From Thermodesulfovibrionales bacterium (GTDB lineage Bacteria; Nitrospirota; Thermodesulfovibrionia; Thermodesulfovibrionales; UBA6898), in contig JBIOIY010000008.1 in assembly GCA_044450345.1 (NCBI GenBank), forward strand, positions 1-64,000: a stretch of 64,000 bases of DNA, in the 5' to 3' direction. Numbering within the stretch: the first letter of the stretch is position 1; each line of letters starts with the position of its first letter. Under the pieces are notes generated by a model that made no database searches, was not told where the DNA came from, and saw only the letters and a program-made list of their open reading frames with translations. The position numbers and the translations under genes were made by a program. Shown here piece by piece: positions 60,390 to 64,000 of this stretch.

Positions 60390-61101
60390 TCCCCCTGACG
60401 ATAGTCCCGATTTTCTTTCCCTCAACGACCTTCCGTATATTTCTTTTTCCTCTTAGATTAAATACCACAATAGGGAGGTCGTTGTCCATACATAAAGTGA
60501 CGGCGGTCGAATCCATCACACCGAGGCCCTTCTTGAGCACTTCCATGTAGGTAAGCTCGGAGTACTTTTTGGCCTTGGGGTCCTTCACGGGATCCGAAGA
60601 ATATACACCGTCCACCTTTGTCCCTTTGAGTATGACTTGCGCTCCAATCTCCATCGCCCTCAAGGCTGCGGCGGTATCAGTAGTAAAATAGGGGTTTCCG
60701 GTGCCTGCGGCGAAGATGACTATCCTCCCTTTTTCAAGATGCCGCATCGCCTTCCGCCTGATATAGGGCTCGGCGAGTTCCTGCATCTCTATGGCAGACT
60801 GCACCCTTGTGGGAAGGTCATATTTTTCAAGGGCGTTTTGCAGGGCAAGGGCGTTGATCACCGTCGCGAGCATTCCCATGTAGTCCGCCGACGCCCGCTC
60901 CATCCCTTCAAGACTTCCTTGTACACCCCTGAAAATATTGCCCCCGCCGATGACTATGGATATCTGCACACCCATCGAGGCCACATCCTTGATCTCCTTC
61001 GCCATAAAGTCAACGGTAGCGGCGTCGATGCCGTATCCCCTATTGCCCATAAGGGCCTCCCCGCTAAGCTTCAGGAGTATCCGCTGATATTTAAGGGGCA
61101 T
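60355..61101 (-). CDS. pyrH: UMP kinase
   Basis: [23 protein letters not shown]. Confidence 0.98.
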   Translation of the reverse strand: MPLKYQRILLKLSGEALMGNRGYGIDAATVDFMAKEIKDVASMGVQISIVIGGGNIFRGVQGSLEGMERASADYMGMLATVINALALQNALEKYDLPTRVQSAIEMQELAEPYIRRKAMRHLEKGRIVIFAAGTGNPYFTTDTAAALRAMEIGAQVILKGTKVDGVYSSDPVKDPKAKKYSELTYMEVLKKGLGVMDSTAVTLCMDNDLPIVVFNLRGKRNIRKVVEGKKIGTIVRGNDGAGVKKKDY

Positions 61102-61107
61102 ATCCCC

Positions 61108-61728
61108 TCAGCAGCTCTTCGGCTCGGAAGGCTGGGTTTCGCCGAGTTGATATCTCATAAATCGTCTCACCACGATATTCTCTCCCACCTTGGAGACCTT
61201 CTCGGTAATAAGGTCCTTTATCTTCTTCTTCTGGTCAGGGTCTTTCACGAAGATCTGGTCCAGCAGACAGGTATCCGAAAAAAACTTTTCAAGTTTCCCT
61301 TCGACTATCTTGTCGACCACCTGCGGGGGCTTGTTCGTCACCTGGGCCTTATATATCTCCTTCTCCCTTTCGATAACGTCCTGCGGGACGTCCTCCCTCG
61401 AAAGATAGCCGGGGGTTGCCGCTGCGATATGCATGGCGATATCTTTCACCATTTCCCTGAAATCATCTGTCCTCGCCACAAAATCGGTTTCACAGTTCAC
61501 CTCGATCATCACCCCGATCCTGTCCATATGGATATAAGACCCTATCATGCCCTCAGATGCCGTGCGCCCGGCCTTCTTTGCGGCCGTTGCCAGGCCCCTC
61601 TGTCTGAGCAGGTCTATCGCCTTTTCAAAATCTCCGCTGCTTTCCACCAGCGCTTTTTTGCATTCCATCATGCCTGCGCCTGTCTTCTCCCTGAGGTCCT
61701 TGACCGCGTCAGCCGATATCGTTGTCAT
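61108..61728 (-). CDS. tsf: Elongation factor Ts (short form)
   Basis: [21 protein letters not shown]. Confidence 0.97.
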   Translation of the reverse strand: MTTISADAVKDLREKTGAGMMECKKALVESSGDFEKAIDLLRQRGLATAAKKAGRTASEGMIGSYIHMDRIGVMIEVNCETDFVARTDDFREMVKDIAMHIAAATPGYLSREDVPQDVIEREKEIYKAQVTNKPPQVVDKIVEGKLEKFFSDTCLLDQIFVKDPDQKKKIKDLITEKVSKVGENIVVRRFMRYQLGETQPSEPKSC

Positions 61729-62489
61729 TCAGTCACCTCCTGGGCCTCTTCAGCCTGGACCTTCTCAGCGACCTGGGCCTTTTCAGCCTCCTGCTGCGCC
61801 TCTTTAGAGAGCACCGCCCGACCCTCGAGGACCGCGTTGGCGATCTTCGACGTGAGGAGCTTTATCGCCCTAATGGCGTCGTCGTTCCCGGGTATTACGT
61901 AATCTATCTCGTCGGGGTCGCAATTCGTATCCACCACCGCGACTATCGGTATTGACAATTTTCTTGCCTCTGCTATTCCGATCCTCTCCTTCTTCGGGTC
62001 GATCACGAATATCACACCGGGCAGCCCTTTCATCGGCTTGATCCCCGAGAGGTTCTTGTCCAGCTTAGCCCTTTCTTTTTCGAGGGCCGAGGCTTCCCTC
62101 TTCGGCAGGAGCTGCAGCGTCCCGTCTTCCTTCATCGCCTCTATCTTTTTCAGCCTTTCGATACTCTTCTTTACCGTCGTAAAATTTGTCATCATGCCGC
62201 CGAGCCATCTCTGGTTGACGTAATGCGCCGAAGCCCTGTTCGCTTCCTCCATGACCGCGTCCTGGGCCTGTTTCTTCGTGCCGACAAAAAGCACCTCCGC
62301 GCCCGAAGCCGCAACTTCCCTCACGAAATTGTACGCCTCTTCCAGACCCTTCAGGGTCTTCTGCAGATCGATGATATAGATACCGTTTCTCTCGCCGAAG
62401 ATATACTTCTTCATCTTCGGGTTCCAGCGCTTTACCTGATGGCCGAAATGCACCCCGGCCTCAAGCAACTCTTTCATTGAGACTACCAT
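61725..62489 (-). CDS. rpsB: 30S ribosomal protein S2
   Basis: [21 protein letters not shown]. Confidence 0.98.
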   Translation of the reverse strand: MVVSMKELLEAGVHFGHQVKRWNPKMKKYIFGERNGIYIIDLQKTLKGLEEAYNFVREVAASGAEVLFVGTKKQAQDAVMEEANRASAHYVNQRWLGGMMTNFTTVKKSIERLKKIEAMKEDGTLQLLPKREASALEKERAKLDKNLSGIKPMKGLPGVIFVIDPKKERIGIAEARKLSIPIVAVVDTNCDPDEIDYVIPGNDDAIRAIKLLTSKIANAVLEGRAVLSKEAQQEAEKAQVAEKVQAEEAQEVTE

Positions 62490-62499
62490 TGTGTACCTC

Positions 62500-62573
62500 C
62501 TGTGGTTTTTCCTCCGCCTGTACCGCCAACCCGTTTCGGGACCATATGGCAGGACTGTAGCCGGCGTGTGAAT
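62500..62573 (-). ncRNA. rpsB leader (S2 autoregulatory, t44-like RNA)
   Basis: Minus strand CACAC...GGTCCCGAAACGGGT...GGAGG.A.AACC pattern directly upstream of rpsB. Confidence 0.7.
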
Positions 62574-62683
62574 TTTCAACCCGCAAAATACAGGCTGTTA
62601 AGATAAGAAGATTACCATACCCTTTGTTTTTTTTCAAGAACCCAACCGCTTCGCGATGATGCCGAAAGCGTCCCGCAGGTCAA

Positions 62684-63319
62684 TCAGGAGACCCGCGCCA
62701 ACTTCTCGAATCTTCCAGTAACTATCTTTTTCACCGCTTCGACCCCTTTGGTCCGAAGCGCATCAAGGATTTTTTCCGAAGCCAGCCCCTTCAGGAAGCG
62801 TTCTCTCCTGTCCTTTTGAGGGATTGCGGCCATTGCCTTCACCCTGATCCCTTTCACGAATTTCAGATAGCCGGAAAACTCGGGACCGTAACAGACTTGA
62901 AGCTCCTTCCTCAGGGCCCTCGAAAATGCCGGACTCGCGCCGCCCGTCGATACCGCAATGAGAAGCTGTCCCCTTCTGACAACGGAGGGCGCGATAAAAT
63001 TGCATTCCTCGGGCACATCGACCACGTTGACCAGGGCAGGCGCGTCTTTTGAGACCCTCCTGTTCGTATCAGGGGAATCAGTCGCTGCAATTACCAGGAA
63101 GGCTCCCTCGACGTCGTTTTTCCTGTATACGCGGGATATATATCGAATCCTTCCTTCGGAAAGGGTCTTTCGGAGCCGCCTCGTGAGGGATGGGCTTACC
63201 ACTGTAACATCCGCACCTGCGGCAACAAGGGAGACGACTTTTCTTTCGGCGACCTTTCCGCCTCCCACGACTATCGCTTTTTTGCCGTTTAGATTAAGAA
63301 ATACGGGATAGTAATCCAC
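62684..63319 (-). CDS. Precorrin-2 dehydrogenase/sirohydrochlorin ferrochelatase (SirC/CysG N-terminal)
   Basis: YYPVFL, VVGGGKVAERK, NVVD, STGGASP. Confidence 0.93.
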   Translation of the reverse strand: MDYYPVFLNLNGKKAIVVGGGKVAERKVVSLVAAGADVTVVSPSLTRRLRKTLSEGRIRYISRVYRKNDVEGAFLVIAATDSPDTNRRVSKDAPALVNVVDVPEECNFIAPSVVRRGQLLIAVSTGGASPAFSRALRKELQVCYGPEFSGYLKFVKGIRVKAMAAIPQKDRRERFLKGLASEKILDALRTKGVEAVKKIVTGRFEKLARVS

Positions 63320-63333
63320 CGGCGAGGGCCGCT

Positions 63334-64000
63334 TTACTTCTTGTCCCCGGCCTGCAGCGAAGAAAGCTCTTTTTTGGCGTCGGACGTGACAGGGCTGTTC
63401 GGGTACTTCTCGATAATATCCTTCAGCTTTTCTGCGGATTTTTCCTTCTGCCCGATTTTCTTATAAGAGTGTGCAAGGTCCATCAAGACCTTTTCCTGCT
63501 TCTTGTAATCAGGAAAATTTTTCAATAACCCCTCAAACCGATCTATAGCAGGGGTATAGGCGCCTTTTTTCATATAAAATTCTCCCACGAGAAGTTCGTA
63601 GTCGGCCATGACGTTGCGGCACTTCTCGATCCTGATCTCGATCAGTTCCTTGTAAGGGTTCCTGGGAAAATCACGCCTCAGCTTTTCGAATTCGGCGAGC
63701 GCACTTGCTGCGCCGCTGTAGCCCCTCTCGGGGCTTTCAATCTGGTTGAAATATACCATGGCGATCTGGTACTGCGCATACGGTGCATGCCTGTGGTCAG
63801 GGTACATCTCGAGGAACTTCCTGTATTCTGCCACGGCCAGTTCTGTCTCTTCCTCCTTCACATAGGAATCCGCAATCCTGAGCTGGGCAAGAGGAGCATA
63901 TTTCTTTGTGAGGTCCCTGTTCCTCACCTCGAGCAGGACGGAACGGGCATCTGTGTATTGCTTATCGTCGATGAGCTTGTTCGCCCTTGTAAAAAATTTC
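63334..64000 (-). CDS. bamD: Outer membrane assembly factor BamD (5' end outside the window)
   Basis: AQLRIADSY, YAQYQIA, TPR pattern; frame open to the window end. Confidence 0.85.
   Translation of the reverse strand, partial: KFFTRANKLIDDKQYTDARSVLLEVRNRDLTKKYAPLAQLRIADSYVKEEETELAVAEYRKFLEMYPDHRHAPYAQYQIAMVYFNQIESPERGYSGAASALAEFEKLRRDFPRNPYKELIEIRIEKCRNVMADYELLVGEFYMKKGAYTPAIDRFEGLLKNFPDYKKQEKVLMDLAHSYKKIGQKEKSAEKLKDIIEKYPNSPVTSDAKKELSSLQAGDKK

Noticed and set aside
60637..61902. 421-aa plus-strand ORF and similar long antisense ORFs (e.g. 2021-2797, 3854-4693, 24390-25100, 37129-37830)
   Set aside because: Shadow frames of well-supported genes on the opposite strand, with no motifs

Overview
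Bacterial chromosome segment. Gene content and style suggest an anaerobic Nitrospirota (Thermodesulfovibrionia-like) or Desulfobacterota-like organism (inference, not proven). Housekeeping blocks: rpsL-rpsG-fusA-tuf, purH-like, icd, hisC-hisB, zapB-zapA, nrdJ with NrdR boxes, mutL-miaA-hfq, adk, polA, ccsA-hemA-hemC, and bamD-sirC-rpsB-tsf-pyrH-frr-dksA. Accessory blocks: (i) a MORC-like GHKL ATPase plus HD protein; (ii) two 30-aa-repeat proteins and a REP-flanked DUF559 pseudogene; (iii) a six-gene candidate defence island at 12.0-18.8 kb (TM0106-type nuclease, unknown protein, Z1/SF2 protein, C5 methyltransferase, Vsr, HNH endonuclease); (iv) a Rieske/cytochrome b/pentaheme cytochrome c plus HtrA block bracketed by a duplicated gene 3' end; (v) a FecR-OmpA-CHASE2/HD-GYP module; (vi) a toxin-antitoxin and gene-fragment cluster at 56.3-58.9 kb containing an internally deleted second copy of the TM0106 gene. 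The main unexplained pattern is repeated, diverged, same-orientation copies of gene ends around accessory blocks, together with chimeric gene fragments, truncated toxin genes and several families of short palindromic elements, with no integrase or transposase recognised in the window. No tRNA, rRNA or CRISPR array was recognised.
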